Positions 4,734 to 14,844 of a stretch of DNA of 26,138 nucleotides are shown in pieces; the stretch's first letter is position 1; the number at the start of each line of letters is the position of its first letter. Location: IMG/VR virus record IMGVR_UViG_3300032219_001109, positions 1 through 26,138 of that record, one strand, 5' to 3'. This DNA is from a virus. Lineage: Duplodnaviria > Caudoviricetes. A program made the position numbers and the translations under genes. The notes under the pieces are model-generated. The model was not told the origin of the DNA. It was given only the letters and a program-made list of their open reading frames with translations, and did no database searches.

Positions 4734-7270
4734 TGTCAAACTTTTATACGAACGTGCAATGTTTTGGTAACCACATCCTATATCGGGGTGTGGTTAATGG
4801 TAAACGAATAAAAGAACGTTTTGATTATCAACCAACTTTATATGAAGTAGTTCGTAAAGAAACTCCATTTAAAACACTAAGTGGAGAAAATCTTCATGAA
4901 TTTAAATTTGATTCTATTCGTGATGCAAAAGATTATCTAAAACAAAATCAAGATATTTCAAATAAGAAAGTTTATGGAAATACTCGATTTGAATATAATT
5001 TTATTGCAGATCAACATTCAAATGAAGTTGATTGGGATCAATCACAACTTTCAATTGTAATACTCGATATTGAAGTTGGTTCAGAGAATGGTTTTCCAGA
5101 TCCATATATAGCTTCAGAACCAATTACTGCTATCGCAGTTCGTCAATTAAATGGTGGTACAACAGTCTATGGTTGCGGTGATTTTGAAACCAAAGATGAT
5201 TCTGTTACCTATATTAAATGTAAAGATGAATGGACACTTTGCAAACAATTTCTCAGAGACTGGAAAGATAACTATCCAGATATTATTACTGGATGGAACA
5301 TTAAGTTCTTTGACTTTCCTTATTTGATTAATCGTTTTAAACGAGTTCTTTCTGAAGATGATGCAAAGGCACTTTCTCCTTGGAACTTTATTTCTGAGCG
5401 TAGTGCTGTACTAATGGCTAAATCCCATACCGTATATGACTTAGTTGGCGTACCAATGTTGGACTATATTGAATTGTATCGTAAATATGCTCCTGGTGGT
5501 GCTTCACAAGAATCGTATAAATTGGATCATATTGCACACGTAGAACTTGCAAAAAGAAAAATTGATTATTCTGAATATGAAAGCTTACATCAACTTTACA
5601 GATTAAACTTTCAAAAATTTATTGAGTATAATATTGTTGACGTTGCTCTTATCGAAGAACTTGAAGATAAGTTGAAGTTGATTGAGTTGGCATTAACTCT
5701 TGCATATGATAGTAAAACAAACTATGATGATGTGTTTACACAAGTTCGTATGTGGGATATCATCATATACAACTTCTTACGCAAAGACAATATAATTGTT
5801 CCACCTACAGAACGAAAAGATAAGTCTCAAGCATTTGAAGGTGCTTATGTAAAAGAACCACAAGTAGGCAAACATGATTGGGTAGCATCATTTGACTTGA
5901 ACAGTCTATACCCCCACCTTATCATGCAATACAATCTTTCTCCTGAAACATTGGTGAATTCAGATGACTACAATCAAGAAATGTTTGAAATCATTAATGA
6001 TGGTGTCAATGTAGATAAGTTACTAAACAGAGAAATCAATACATCAAACCTGAATGGAGTAACACTCACACCAAACGGACAATTCTTCTATACGAATAAA
6101 CAAGGTTTTCTTCCTAAACTTATGGCAGCAATGTATGAAGATCGTAAGATATACAAGAAGAAATCATTAGAATCTAAACACGAATTGGAAAAAGAATCAG
6201 ATTCAACTAAACGATTCATTATTGAAAAACGTATTGCACGATACAACAATCTACAATTAGCCAAAAAAGTATGTTTGAACTCTGCTTATGGTGCGATGGG
6301 TAATGAATATTTTCGTTTCTTTGATTTGCGTATTGCTTTGGCAGTTACGATGTCTGGTCAACTATCGATTCGTTGGATTGAAAATGCGTTAAATGATTAT
6401 TTAAACAAATTACTTAAAACAGAAAATGAAGATTACGTTATTGCATCAGATACAGATTCGATTTATCTTAAACTTGGTTCACTTGTCAACAAAGTGTTCC
6501 AAGAAGGAGAGCGAACTGATAAGGTTATTGCCTTCATGGACAAGGTCTGTGAAGATAAAATTCAACCGTATATTGATAAGAGTTATCAGGTACTTGCTGA
6601 TTATGTCCATGCACATGATCAAAAAATGCAAATGAAGCGTGAGGCTCTTGCAGACAAAGGTATTTGGACTGCAAAGAAACGTTACATTATGAATGTGTAT
6701 AATAATGAAGGTGTTCAATATGCAGAGCCTCATCTAAAAGTGATGGGTCTTGAAATGGTTAAATCTTCTACACCAGCACCAATTCGTGAGAAGATGGAAC
6801 AGATGATTAAACTTATGATGCATGGTACTGAAGAAGATATACAAGAATTTATTGGTAATTTTCGAATACAATTTAAAAATTTACCACCAGAAGATATATC
6901 ATTTCCTCGAGGAATTCGTGGCATCAAAAAGTATTCTGATGCGGTTACCTTATACTCCAAAGGAACACCCATTCATGTTAAAGGTGCAATCATATATAAT
7001 AATGCACTCAAACAAATGAATTTGGATAAAAAATATCCATTCATTAACGAAGGCGAAAAAATTAAGTTTTCATATCTCAAAACTCCAAATCCATTCAAAG
7101 AAACAGTCATATCTTTTCCGGTAAAACTCCCGAAAGAATTTGACTTAGAGAAGTATATCGATTATGATATGCAATTCGAAAAGGCTTTTATTGAGCCAAT
7201 TAAAGTAGTTTTGGATTGTATGAACTGGTCTGTAGAGAAACAAAGTACCTTGGAGGACTTCTTCGGATGA
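4733..7270 (+). CDS. gp43: Family B DNA polymerase (T4 gp43-like)
   Basis: Exonuclease motifs DIEV, GWN..FFD and YNIVD. Polymerase motifs SFDLNSLYPH, K..LNSAYG, DTDS and KKRY. C-terminal clamp-binding LEDFFG. Confidence 0.98.
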   Translation: MSNFYTNVQCFGNHILYRGVVNGKRIKERFDYQPTLYEVVRKETPFKTLSGENLHEFKFDSIRDAKDYLKQNQDISNKKVYGNTRFEYNFIADQHSNEVDWDQSQLSIVILDIEVGSENGFPDPYIASEPITAIAVRQLNGGTTVYGCGDFETKDDSVTYIKCKDEWTLCKQFLRDWKDNYPDIITGWNIKFFDFPYLINRFKRVLSEDDAKALSPWNFISERSAVLMAKSHTVYDLVGVPMLDYIELYRKYAPGGASQESYKLDHIAHVELAKRKIDYSEYESLHQLYRLNFQKFIEYNIVDVALIEELEDKLKLIELALTLAYDSKTNYDDVFTQVRMWDIIIYNFLRKDNIIVPPTERKDKSQAFEGAYVKEPQVGKHDWVASFDLNSLYPHLIMQYNLSPETLVNSDDYNQEMFEIINDGVNVDKLLNREINTSNLNGVTLTPNGQFFYTNKQGFLPKLMAAMYEDRKIYKKKSLESKHELEKESDSTKRFIIEKRIARYNNLQLAKKVCLNSAYGAMGNEYFRFFDLRIALAVTMSGQLSIRWIENALNDYLNKLLKTENEDYVIASDTDSIYLKLGSLVNKVFQEGERTDKVIAFMDKVCEDKIQPYIDKSYQVLADYVHAHDQKMQMKREALADKGIWTAKKRYIMNVYNNEGVQYAEPHLKVMGLEMVKSSTPAPIREKMEQMIKLMMHGTEEDIQEFIGNFRIQFKNLPPEDISFPRGIRGIKKYSDAVTLYSKGTPIHVKGAIIYNNALKQMNLDKKYPFINEGEKIKFSYLKTPNPFKETVISFPVKLPKEFDLEKYIDYDMQFEKAFIEPIKVVLDCMNWSVEKQSTLEDFFG

Positions 7271-8346
7271 CAATAGCAATATTTACATTTTTAAATGCCA
7301 TATTACTTTCTGGTGTGGCCGCATACTATTCCGTAATTGGATTAGCATCAATATTTCCAGGTTCATTTTGGCCTGTTGTTTTGATGGGTTCAGTATTAGA
7401 ATCTGCAAAATTAGTAACTACATCTTGGCTATTTCGTAATTGGAAAACAGCACCAAGAATACTGAAATATTATTTAACCTTTGCGGTTGCGATTTTAATG
7501 CTCATCACATCAATGGGCATTTTTGGTTATTTGTCTAAAGCACATTTAGAACATACGTCTGATATTGGTCCAGTTGCAGATAAAGTGTTAATGTATGATG
7601 AGAAGATCAAAACATTGAAGGAGAATGTAGATGCTAATAAGTTGGCACTCAAACAGCTTGATGCGGCTGTGGACCAAGTCATGGTACGAACAGAAGATGC
7701 GAGAGGAGCAGAACGGTCGGTTCAAATCCGTAAAGCCCAACAGAAAGAGCGCATACAACTTACTGAAGAAATTACGAAGCAACAAAAAGAAATCAATACG
7801 CTCACCGAAGAAAGATCGCCACTTGCGAATGACCTCCGCAAGGCTGAATCGGATTTCGGCCCGATTAAATATGTTGCCGAATTAATTTATGGTTCGGGAG
7901 ATAGAGATATTATTGACAGAGCAGTTCGTTTGGTAATTATGCTCATTATGATTGTATTTGATCCTCTAGCTGTGTTATTATTGATTGCAAGTAATATTTC
8001 TATGGCAGATACAGAAGAAAAAGAACCAAAAAAGAAACAAGATGAAAAAGATACAGATCCAGTCTATCAAAGAGTACAGGAAGCTAAAAAGAAGCTTGAG
8101 GAACGAGAGACTGAGACTAATGAAGAAGTTCCCCGGAAAGAAGAATCTAGACCTCAGGAAAGCTCTAGTGAAGTTCTACAGGTACCTAAAGAAAATGTCA
8201 TAATTATAGATGAAGCATCTGGTGAATCTATACCACCTATTTCAGATAATAAGGCAACCAAAAGAGGATTTCCTAAAAGAAAGACCAAATTAGAATCATA
8301 TGATTATGATGAACCATTAGCATTCAAAGAAAAGGACAATAAATGA
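7267..8346 (+). CDS. Multi-pass membrane protein with a central coiled coil and charged C-tail
   Basis: ATG 7267 overlaps the gp43 stop (ATGA). Three N-terminal hydrophobic segments, a heptad-rich middle, and a further TM segment IMLIMIVFDPLAVLLLIA. Confidence 0.85.
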   Translation: MTIAIFTFLNAILLSGVAAYYSVIGLASIFPGSFWPVVLMGSVLESAKLVTTSWLFRNWKTAPRILKYYLTFAVAILMLITSMGIFGYLSKAHLEHTSDIGPVADKVLMYDEKIKTLKENVDANKLALKQLDAAVDQVMVRTEDARGAERSVQIRKAQQKERIQLTEEITKQQKEINTLTEERSPLANDLRKAESDFGPIKYVAELIYGSGDRDIIDRAVRLVIMLIMIVFDPLAVLLLIASNISMADTEEKEPKKKQDEKDTDPVYQRVQEAKKKLEERETETNEEVPRKEESRPQESSSEVLQVPKENVIIIDEASGESIPPISDNKATKRGFPKRKTKLESYDYDEPLAFKEKDNK

Positions 8347-9413
8347 GTATACTCGATAAAATTAAAAAGAATAGCAGCATTAAAGAATCTGCTGTTCTTT
8401 CTAAATCAAAGTTCTTTACACAAAAAGATATGATACCTACTGCAATACCTGCAATCAATATTGCACTAAGTGGTAAATTGGATGGTGGTCTTACTCCAGG
8501 TCTTACGATGTGGACAGGACCATCAAAGCACTTTAAAACAGCCTTCAGTCTATTGATGGCAAAATCTTACTTGGACAAATACGAAAATGCTGCTTTACTA
8601 TTTTACGATAGCGAGTTTGGGACTCCTCAATCTTATTTCGATTCATTCGGTATTGATACCAATCGTGTGCTCCATACCCCTCTTACAGATATCGAACAAT
8701 TAAAATTTGATATTATGCAGCAGCTATCAAACATTGAAAGAGATGATAAATTAATTATTGTTGTTGATTCGATTGGTAATCTACCTTCTAAAAAAGAAGT
8801 TGAAGATGCACTTGAGCAAAAATCTGTTGCTGATATGAGTCGTGCAAAACAAGTTAAATCATTGTTTCGTATGGTTACTCCGCATCTCACGATGAAAGAT
8901 ATACCAATGATTGTTGTTAATCATACGTATAAAGAAATTGGTATGTTTCCTAAAGATATTGTTGGTGGCGGTACAGGTTCTTATTACTCAGCAGATAATA
9001 TCTTCATTATTGGTCGTCAGCAAGAAAAAGAAGGAACAGAAATTATTGGATATAATTTTATAATTAATGTGGAAAAAAGTCGTTATGTTAAAGAAAAATC
9101 CAAGATACCTATTACTGTATCCTTTGACGGTGGTATTAGCAAGTGGTCTGGTTTACTTGATATTGCAATCGAAAGTGGTCACGTAATAAAGCCAAGTAAT
9201 GGTTGGTACTCACGCCGTGATGATGATGGCGTATATGAAGATAAAAAGTATAGATTAAAAGATACAGACACCAAAGATTTTTGGTTACCTATCTTGAAAC
9301 AAAAGTCCTTCCGTGAATTCATCGAAAACAGATATTGTATTGCACATGGTGAAATCATTTCAGACAAAGATGCGGAAGATGTGTTTGCAGTAGAAACAAC
9401 AAACGGAGTGTAA
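8343..9413 (+). CDS. uvsX: UvsX RecA-like recombinase
   Basis: Walker A variant GPSKHFKT, FYDSEFG, IVVDSIGNL, NHTY, GGGTG, VEKSRYVKEKS. Confidence 0.96.
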   Translation: MSILDKIKKNSSIKESAVLSKSKFFTQKDMIPTAIPAINIALSGKLDGGLTPGLTMWTGPSKHFKTAFSLLMAKSYLDKYENAALLFYDSEFGTPQSYFDSFGIDTNRVLHTPLTDIEQLKFDIMQQLSNIERDDKLIIVVDSIGNLPSKKEVEDALEQKSVADMSRAKQVKSLFRMVTPHLTMKDIPMIVVNHTYKEIGMFPKDIVGGGTGSYYSADNIFIIGRQQEKEGTEIIGYNFIINVEKSRYVKEKSKIPITVSFDGGISKWSGLLDIAIESGHVIKPSNGWYSRRDDDGVYEDKKYRLKDTDTKDFWLPILKQKSFREFIENRYCIAHGEIISDKDAEDVFAVETTNGV

Positions 9414-9414
9414 T

Positions 9415-9735
9415 ATGACAGAAGGAATAGACTATTGTTTCATATATTCCAAAGATGACCAAGAAACAGTTCATATTCGATTGTTAACTGGTAATTATAA
9501 AGACACCGTATTCAAATATGGTAAAGTAAAATTTGAAGAAAGACATGGGAATGTCTATTTACTTTTTGCTTATGATGTGTTAGAATCTACAGTTGATACC
9601 CCAAGAAAATTGGAAAAAAACACAGATTTTAAAAACTACCTTGGTGATTTATTGGTAGAAATTATGTCAGGCAATCTAGAACAGGATATTATTGATGAAA
9701 CTGGAACAAGTGATATTGAGGAATCTGGTATATAA
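9415..9735 (+). CDS. Hypothetical protein between uvsX and gp41 (position of T4 gene 40)
   Basis: 106-aa ORF tightly coupled to both neighbours. Function not assignable from sequence. Confidence 0.75.
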   Translation: MTEGIDYCFIYSKDDQETVHIRLLTGNYKDTVFKYGKVKFEERHGNVYLLFAYDVLESTVDTPRKLEKNTDFKNYLGDLLVEIMSGNLEQDIIDETGTSDIEESGI

Positions 9736-11107
9736 TGAAGAATATCTCCGTAAGGTTATTCCATTTTTAAAACCAGAATACTTCTCAGACAGAACAGAAA
9801 GAACAATTTTTGATGAGATATCATCATTCGTATCATCTTACAACACTACGCCAACGATTGAAGCTATTACACTTGCCGTAAAAGAAAAGAAAAATTTCAC
9901 AGATGACCAAGTGGTGATGTGTGAAGCATACATACAGAAAATTGTTGAAGCTAAGGAGAATACTTCCAAAATCGACTGGCTCCTTAAACAATCCGAAATA
10001 TTTTGTCAAGAAAAAGCGATTTATAATGCTGTCTTGGCGTCTATTTCTATTCTTGATGGAAAAGATAAACAGCAAGAGAAGGGGTCTATTCCCAAGATAC
10101 TGGCTGACGCATTGGGTGTAGGTTTTGATACAAATATTGGACACGATTATCTTGACAATGCAGATGAGCGATATGAATTCTATCATAGAAAAGAAAAACG
10201 AATTCCTTTTGATCTTGAATACTTCAACAAGATTACTAAAGGTGGTCTCCCAATCAAAACTCTCAATATTGCCTTAGCCGGTACTGGTGTTGGTAAGTCA
10301 CTATTCATGTGTCATGTTGCCGCTGGTTGCATGGTGCAAGGTAAAAATGTTCTCTATATCACAATGGAAATGGCAGAAGAAAAAATTGCAGAGCGAATAG
10401 ATGCTAATCTTTTGAATGTAACTATTGACGATTTAATGCAATTACCTAAAGAAATGTATGATAAGAAAGTTTCCCGTGTTCGTGAAGCAACTACTGGAAA
10501 ACTTATTATCAAAGAATATCCAACTGCTAGTGCATCAACTATACACTTTAGAACCTTATTAAATGAATTACATCTCAAACGCAATTTTGTACCTGACATT
10601 ATTTTTATTGATTATCTTAATATTTGTGCTTCCGCTAGAATTAAACCAGGAGCAAGCGTTAACTCTTACACCTACGTCAAATCAATTGCCGAAGAATTGC
10701 GAGGTCTTGCCGTTGAGTTCGGAGTACCAATTGTTTCTGCGACACAAACAACTAGGTCGGGTTTTACAAGTTCAGACCCCGGACTTGAGGACACAAGTGA
10801 ATCTTTTGGTTTGCCGGCTACCGCTGACTTAATGTTTGCTTTGATAACCTCAGAAGAACTTGAGGCTCTTGGACAAATTATGGTCAAGCAGTTGAAGAAT
10901 AGATATTCTGATCCTACAACACATAAGAGATTTGCTATAGGTATTGATAGAGCCAAAATGAAATTATTTGATGTCGAACAATCTGCTCAAGATGGTATTA
11001 TAGATGCTGGAAAGGTTGATGATAAACCATTAAACTCTTTTGGTGAACGAGAACGTCTTAGCCAATTTAAAACAAAACATAATAAATTTGGAGGATTCAA
11101 AGTATAA
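9695..11107 (+). CDS. gp41: DnaB-like replicative helicase (T4 gp41-like)
   Basis: AGTGVGKS Walker A, ITMEMAEEKIAERIDAN, IFIDYLNIC Walker B, ATQTTR, KQLKNRY. Confidence 0.97.
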   Translation: MKLEQVILRNLVYNEEYLRKVIPFLKPEYFSDRTERTIFDEISSFVSSYNTTPTIEAITLAVKEKKNFTDDQVVMCEAYIQKIVEAKENTSKIDWLLKQSEIFCQEKAIYNAVLASISILDGKDKQQEKGSIPKILADALGVGFDTNIGHDYLDNADERYEFYHRKEKRIPFDLEYFNKITKGGLPIKTLNIALAGTGVGKSLFMCHVAAGCMVQGKNVLYITMEMAEEKIAERIDANLLNVTIDDLMQLPKEMYDKKVSRVREATTGKLIIKEYPTASASTIHFRTLLNELHLKRNFVPDIIFIDYLNICASARIKPGASVNSYTYVKSIAEELRGLAVEFGVPIVSATQTTRSGFTSSDPGLEDTSESFGLPATADLMFALITSEELEALGQIMVKQLKNRYSDPTTHKRFAIGIDRAKMKLFDVEQSAQDGIIDAGKVDDKPLNSFGERERLSQFKTKHNKFGGFKV

Positions 11108-11110
11108 ATA
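11103..11110 (+). promoter_or_regulatory. T4-type late promoter TATAAATA
   Basis: Exact consensus overlapping the gp41 stop, upstream of the glycosylation cluster. Confidence 0.7.
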
Positions 11111-11153
11111 CTTGAATGTAACTATAAATTATGTTAATATGTAAGGATTAAAA

Positions 11154-11438
11154 ATGGGTCTTTCGAATAATATAAATGACATTCTTAAAGAGTATCAAAA
11201 TCTAAATGACGATTTTGGATTTTCTGCTGTATCTGAGGAAGAATATAATTCAGCCATAAACAAAACAGCAGAAACAGCAGATGACTATAAAACAAGGCTA
11301 CACGAAGTAGAAAAATTAGTTATTCCATTTTTACAAAAACTGTATCAAACTGCCGATAAAGAATACATCTATTGGCCTAATCGCAAATCTGTTATTGAGA
11401 AACAAATTGAAAAAATACTTAAATTAACAAGAGAATAA
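11154..11438 (+). CDS. Hypothetical protein (DDFGFSAV...KEYIYWPNR)
   Basis: 94-aa ORF with an AAGGA Shine-Dalgarno. Confidence 0.8.
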   Translation: MGLSNNINDILKEYQNLNDDFGFSAVSEEEYNSAINKTAETADDYKTRLHEVEKLVIPFLQKLYQTADKEYIYWPNRKSVIEKQIEKILKLTRE

Positions 11439-11457
11439 TATCCTATAGGAATATAGA

Positions 11458-11694
11458 ATGAAACAATTATTAGAGATATTACCTAAACTTTTAGGTATGT
11501 TGCCTGAGATTGTAAAGTATATTAAATATATTCCAATTATCATGATATTAGCTGGTGTGTGTTACGGTGCATACTATGCTACAATAAATTTTAAAGATCC
11601 ATATAAGTGCCACGAAAATGAAATATATGAACAAGTGAATATGTTATCCGGTGTTTATAAATTCAAAGGTGGATATTGTATAAGCGATAAATGA
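11458..11694 (+). CDS. Small single-TM membrane protein
   Basis: Hydrophobic IPIIMILAGVCYGAYYA, followed by a short Cys-containing domain. Confidence 0.7.
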   Translation: MKQLLEILPKLLGMLPEIVKYIKYIPIIMILAGVCYGAYYATINFKDPYKCHENEIYEQVNMLSGVYKFKGGYCISDK

Positions 11695-11704
11695 TGGAGT
11701 GATT

Positions 11705-12415
11705 ATGAGTGCTGTTGTTATTTTGCCTACTACAGGTACAACTGAAGTGCATGATGCAATTAATAGTGTATTGAATCAAACGTATCCAACAAAATGTTAT
11801 TTAATATGTGATGGTGATCAATTCAAAGGCAGAGTCAAAACTATTGCTGATAATTATCTAGGCAATAAAAATTTTAAAGTCTGCTATCTTCCAGAAAACG
11901 TAGGTGCAAATGGATTCTATGGGCATAGAGCATATGCTGCATTCTCACATTTAGTAAATGAAGATCATGTTCTATTTCTTGATCAAGACTGTTGGTTTGA
12001 ACCAACACATGTACAAAATTGCGTAGAATTAATCCAAAAACAAAATCTAGAATGGTCATATTCTTTGAGAAGAATTATGGATAAAAAAGGAAACTTTCTA
12101 TGTAATGACGATTGTGAGAGTCTTGGTAAATGGCGAGCATGGACAGATACAAATCATATTGACACAAATAGTTATTGCATTCGCCGAGATGTTCTGATAA
12201 AATTAGCATCTGCTTGGCATGGCGGTTGGGGTCAAGATAGAGTATTCTTCCAAACAATAGCAACACATTTTAAAAATTGGGATTGTACAAAAGAATATAC
12301 GGTCAATTATAAAATTGATGGTAATCAAGGATCAGTAACAGAAGAATTTTTTGTCAAAGGAAACCATATGATGGATCTAGTGCATAAAGGAAAACTTCCT
12401 TGGCAAAAAAATTAA
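11705..12415 (+). CDS. Glycosyltransferase family 2-like (GT-A)
   Basis: AVVILPT...SVLNQT...ICDG and FLDQD (DxD). Probable start ATG 11705. Confidence 0.88.
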   Translation: MSAVVILPTTGTTEVHDAINSVLNQTYPTKCYLICDGDQFKGRVKTIADNYLGNKNFKVCYLPENVGANGFYGHRAYAAFSHLVNEDHVLFLDQDCWFEPTHVQNCVELIQKQNLEWSYSLRRIMDKKGNFLCNDDCESLGKWRAWTDTNHIDTNSYCIRRDVLIKLASAWHGGWGQDRVFFQTIATHFKNWDCTKEYTVNYKIDGNQGSVTEEFFVKGNHMMDLVHKGKLPWQKN

Positions 12416-13191
12416 TAATAGGCAAAACGAGTTTTATTGGTAATGAATTAATCAAACTCAAAAATTATGATATCGTAGCATATAAAGATATCCATCATGT
12501 TGACATTTCTCAATATGATGGTGTTATTAATTGTGCTTTAAATCCTGCGTTCAAAACACAGGCATACGATGAAAAAATTGATGTTGATTATAAGATGGCC
12601 AAACTCGCCTATGAGAATAATTGTCATTACACTATGGTATCAACTAGAAAAGTTTATGGTTCATCAGTAGAGTTAAAAACATATACAGAAGATAGTCCAA
12701 CAAATCCATTTGATTTCTATAGTGAAAATAAATTAATATGTGAAAATAAAATTCTACAGCAGTTTGGTGACAAATGTGTTATTGTTCGTGGATCAAATCT
12801 TTTTGGTTTTGAATTAGGCAGACAATCATTTATGGGTTTTTGCATGAATCAATTGAAGCATAGTGAAAAGATTATATTCTCGATTGATGAAAATACTAAA
12901 AGAGATTTTATTGATATACATACATCATCTTTCTTACTAGACAACATCTCAAGAAAGAAATTAACAGGAATATATAATTTAAGTTCAAACTATGGACTAG
13001 AAATTGGAAAAGTAGCAAAATATTTAATACGTGGTTATGGTAAAGGTGAGTTTATATGTACCAGTAATATTGTCAAAGAACAGTTTATCATAGACAATAC
13101 AAAACTAATCAAAGAACTCAAACTTATTTCTAATCCAATTTATATTACTGGTGTTATTGAAGAATTAGGAAAACAACTATGCAAGATATAA
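12400..13191 (+). CDS. NAD-dependent epimerase/dehydratase or RmlD-like reductase (extended SDR)
   Basis: IIGKTSFIG Rossmann motif, INCA, VST..VYG, YSENK (YxxxK), RDFI. TTG start. Confidence 0.85.
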   Translation: MAKKLIIGKTSFIGNELIKLKNYDIVAYKDIHHVDISQYDGVINCALNPAFKTQAYDEKIDVDYKMAKLAYENNCHYTMVSTRKVYGSSVELKTYTEDSPTNPFDFYSENKLICENKILQQFGDKCVIVRGSNLFGFELGRQSFMGFCMNQLKHSEKIIFSIDENTKRDFIDIHTSSFLLDNISRKKLTGIYNLSSNYGLEIGKVAKYLIRGYGKGEFICTSNIVKEQFIIDNTKLIKELKLISNPIYITGVIEELGKQLCKI

Positions 13192-14027
13192 TTATTAGTG
13201 CCGTATCTGAATATGGATACGATAAATTGAAATATTGGGTGAACTCTATCAAGATGTCTGGCTTCAAAGGTAAAATAGGAGTCATAGCATTCAACATCAA
13301 AGATGAAACTCTAAACAAACTCAAATCTGAAGGCGTAGAAGTTTATCTAACTATAGATAAACGAAACAAAAATAATGATGGGTATTTGTTTGCAGAAGGA
13401 TTGACATATCAGGTTCCGATGCTTAGACATTATTATTATTGGGCAGTCTTATCACAACTAAAGAACATACGATATGTTATTTCTACTGATATCTCTGATG
13501 TTGTATTTCAGAGTAACCCGTCTGAGTGGCTCGAACAAAACTTGGGCGACAAAAAACTAAACTATGGGTGTGAAGGTTTAAAATATAAAGATGAAGCGTG
13601 GGGAAATCAAAACATGATAGAATGTTTTCCACAACTATATCATCATATGAAAGATAGACCAATTTACAATGCTGGTTCTATGGCTGGCGAGTTTGAGATG
13701 TTTAAAGACTATTCTTTGGCAGTATCTCTTGCAGTAAATAATATTCAGCATCCAACTCCAGATCAAGCTGGTGTTAATGTGATGTTATCTATTGAACCAT
13801 ATCACTCAATTACCAAATTTAATGACCACGATACAAACTGGGCATGTGAATGTGGGACTACAGTAGACCCAAATAAAATAAACAGCTTCAGACCCCATCT
13901 ATTGAGTCCTGAGCCTACTTTTGATGGGGAATATGCATATACAAGTAAAGGTGAGAAATATGTAATGGTGCACCAATACAACAGAGTACCGGAATGGAAA
14001 GAAAAGATTGAGAGAAAATATGGATAA
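13179..14027 (+). CDS. Putative GT-A-fold glycosyltransferase
   Basis: TDISDVVFQ, YNAG, PDQAGVN and VHQYNR motifs. Confidence 0.65.
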   Translation: MQDIIISAVSEYGYDKLKYWVNSIKMSGFKGKIGVIAFNIKDETLNKLKSEGVEVYLTIDKRNKNNDGYLFAEGLTYQVPMLRHYYYWAVLSQLKNIRYVISTDISDVVFQSNPSEWLEQNLGDKKLNYGCEGLKYKDEAWGNQNMIECFPQLYHHMKDRPIYNAGSMAGEFEMFKDYSLAVSLAVNNIQHPTPDQAGVNVMLSIEPYHSITKFNDHDTNWACECGTTVDPNKINSFRPHLLSPEPTFDGEYAYTSKGEKYVMVHQYNRVPEWKEKIERKYG

Positions 14028-14844
14028 TAATATTTCAGTAGTTACAGCATTTTATGATATTGGTAGAGGCGATTTACCAAAAGTAAAACATGGTAGAGAA
14101 CTTCCATTCTATCAACATAGAAGTGTGGATCAGTATTTTGAATTCTTCAATAATCTAGCAAAACTTCAAAACGAAATGGTCATTTACACAACACCAAACT
14201 TTGAAGATAGAATTCAAACTATTAGAAAAAATCATGGTTTAGAAGAACTTACTAAAGTTGTTACTACAGAATCATACATGCCCCAAAGATATGAACTAAT
14301 CAAACCGATGGTTCAAAAAGTTATGGATAATCCAAATTACTATAATAAAGTAATCAATCCTCAACTTATTGAATATTGGCATGCCGATTATGTTTTAGTC
14401 AATATTTTCAAAGCATGGTACGTTACAGATGCTATTGAAAAGCAACTAATAACAAATGATCTGACTGCTTGGATTGATTTTGGTTATGTTCGTAACGATA
14501 CTACAATTCCATCATCAAAACGTTGGACATATAATTTTGATCGTGAGAAAATTCACTTCTTTAATCAATATCCGATTGAGCCGACTAGACCAATAGATAG
14601 TATTATCTACACAGGTGATGTTTATATTCAAGGATGTCACATTGTAGCAGGAACAAAAAAGTGGTTAATACTTAAAGACCTAGTATTAAAAAGCTTAGAC
14701 GTTCTGTTGCAAAACAATTTGATTGATGATGACCAAACATTATTATTAATGTCTTATTTGAGTAGTCCACTAGATTGTGAATTACATCCTGCTGATCCAA
14801 ATGATTGGTTCAGAGTGTTTAGAAAATATAATGACCAAATATGA
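14020..14844 (+). CDS. HtrL/YibB (WlaTC)-family glycosyltransferase-like protein
   Basis: VVTAFYDIGRG, WIDFGY and IDDDQTLL are characteristic of HtrL/YibB. Probable start ATG 14020. Confidence 0.85.
   Translation: MDNNISVVTAFYDIGRGDLPKVKHGRELPFYQHRSVDQYFEFFNNLAKLQNEMVIYTTPNFEDRIQTIRKNHGLEELTKVVTTESYMPQRYELIKPMVQKVMDNPNYYNKVINPQLIEYWHADYVLVNIFKAWYVTDAIEKQLITNDLTAWIDFGYVRNDTTIPSSKRWTYNFDREKIHFFNQYPIEPTRPIDSIIYTGDVYIQGCHIVAGTKKWLILKDLVLKSLDVLLQNNLIDDDQTLLLMSYLSSPLDCELHPADPNDWFRVFRKYNDQI

Noticed and set aside
6426-7019. Short alternative-frame and antisense ORFs within gp43
   Set aside because: No Shine-Dalgarno site or compositional footprint, and the polymerase is continuous with no intein or intron.
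7631-7885. Embedded o-spanin (Rz1-like) call
   Set aside because: No cysteine, lipobox or signal peptide in the nested ORF. Kept only as an unassigned candidate.
10563-10832. Hydrophobic +1-frame ORF in gp41 with a locally GC-richer stretch
   Set aside because: No Shine-Dalgarno site. The hydrophobicity is the expected by-product of T-ending host codons, and the region encodes conserved helicase motifs.
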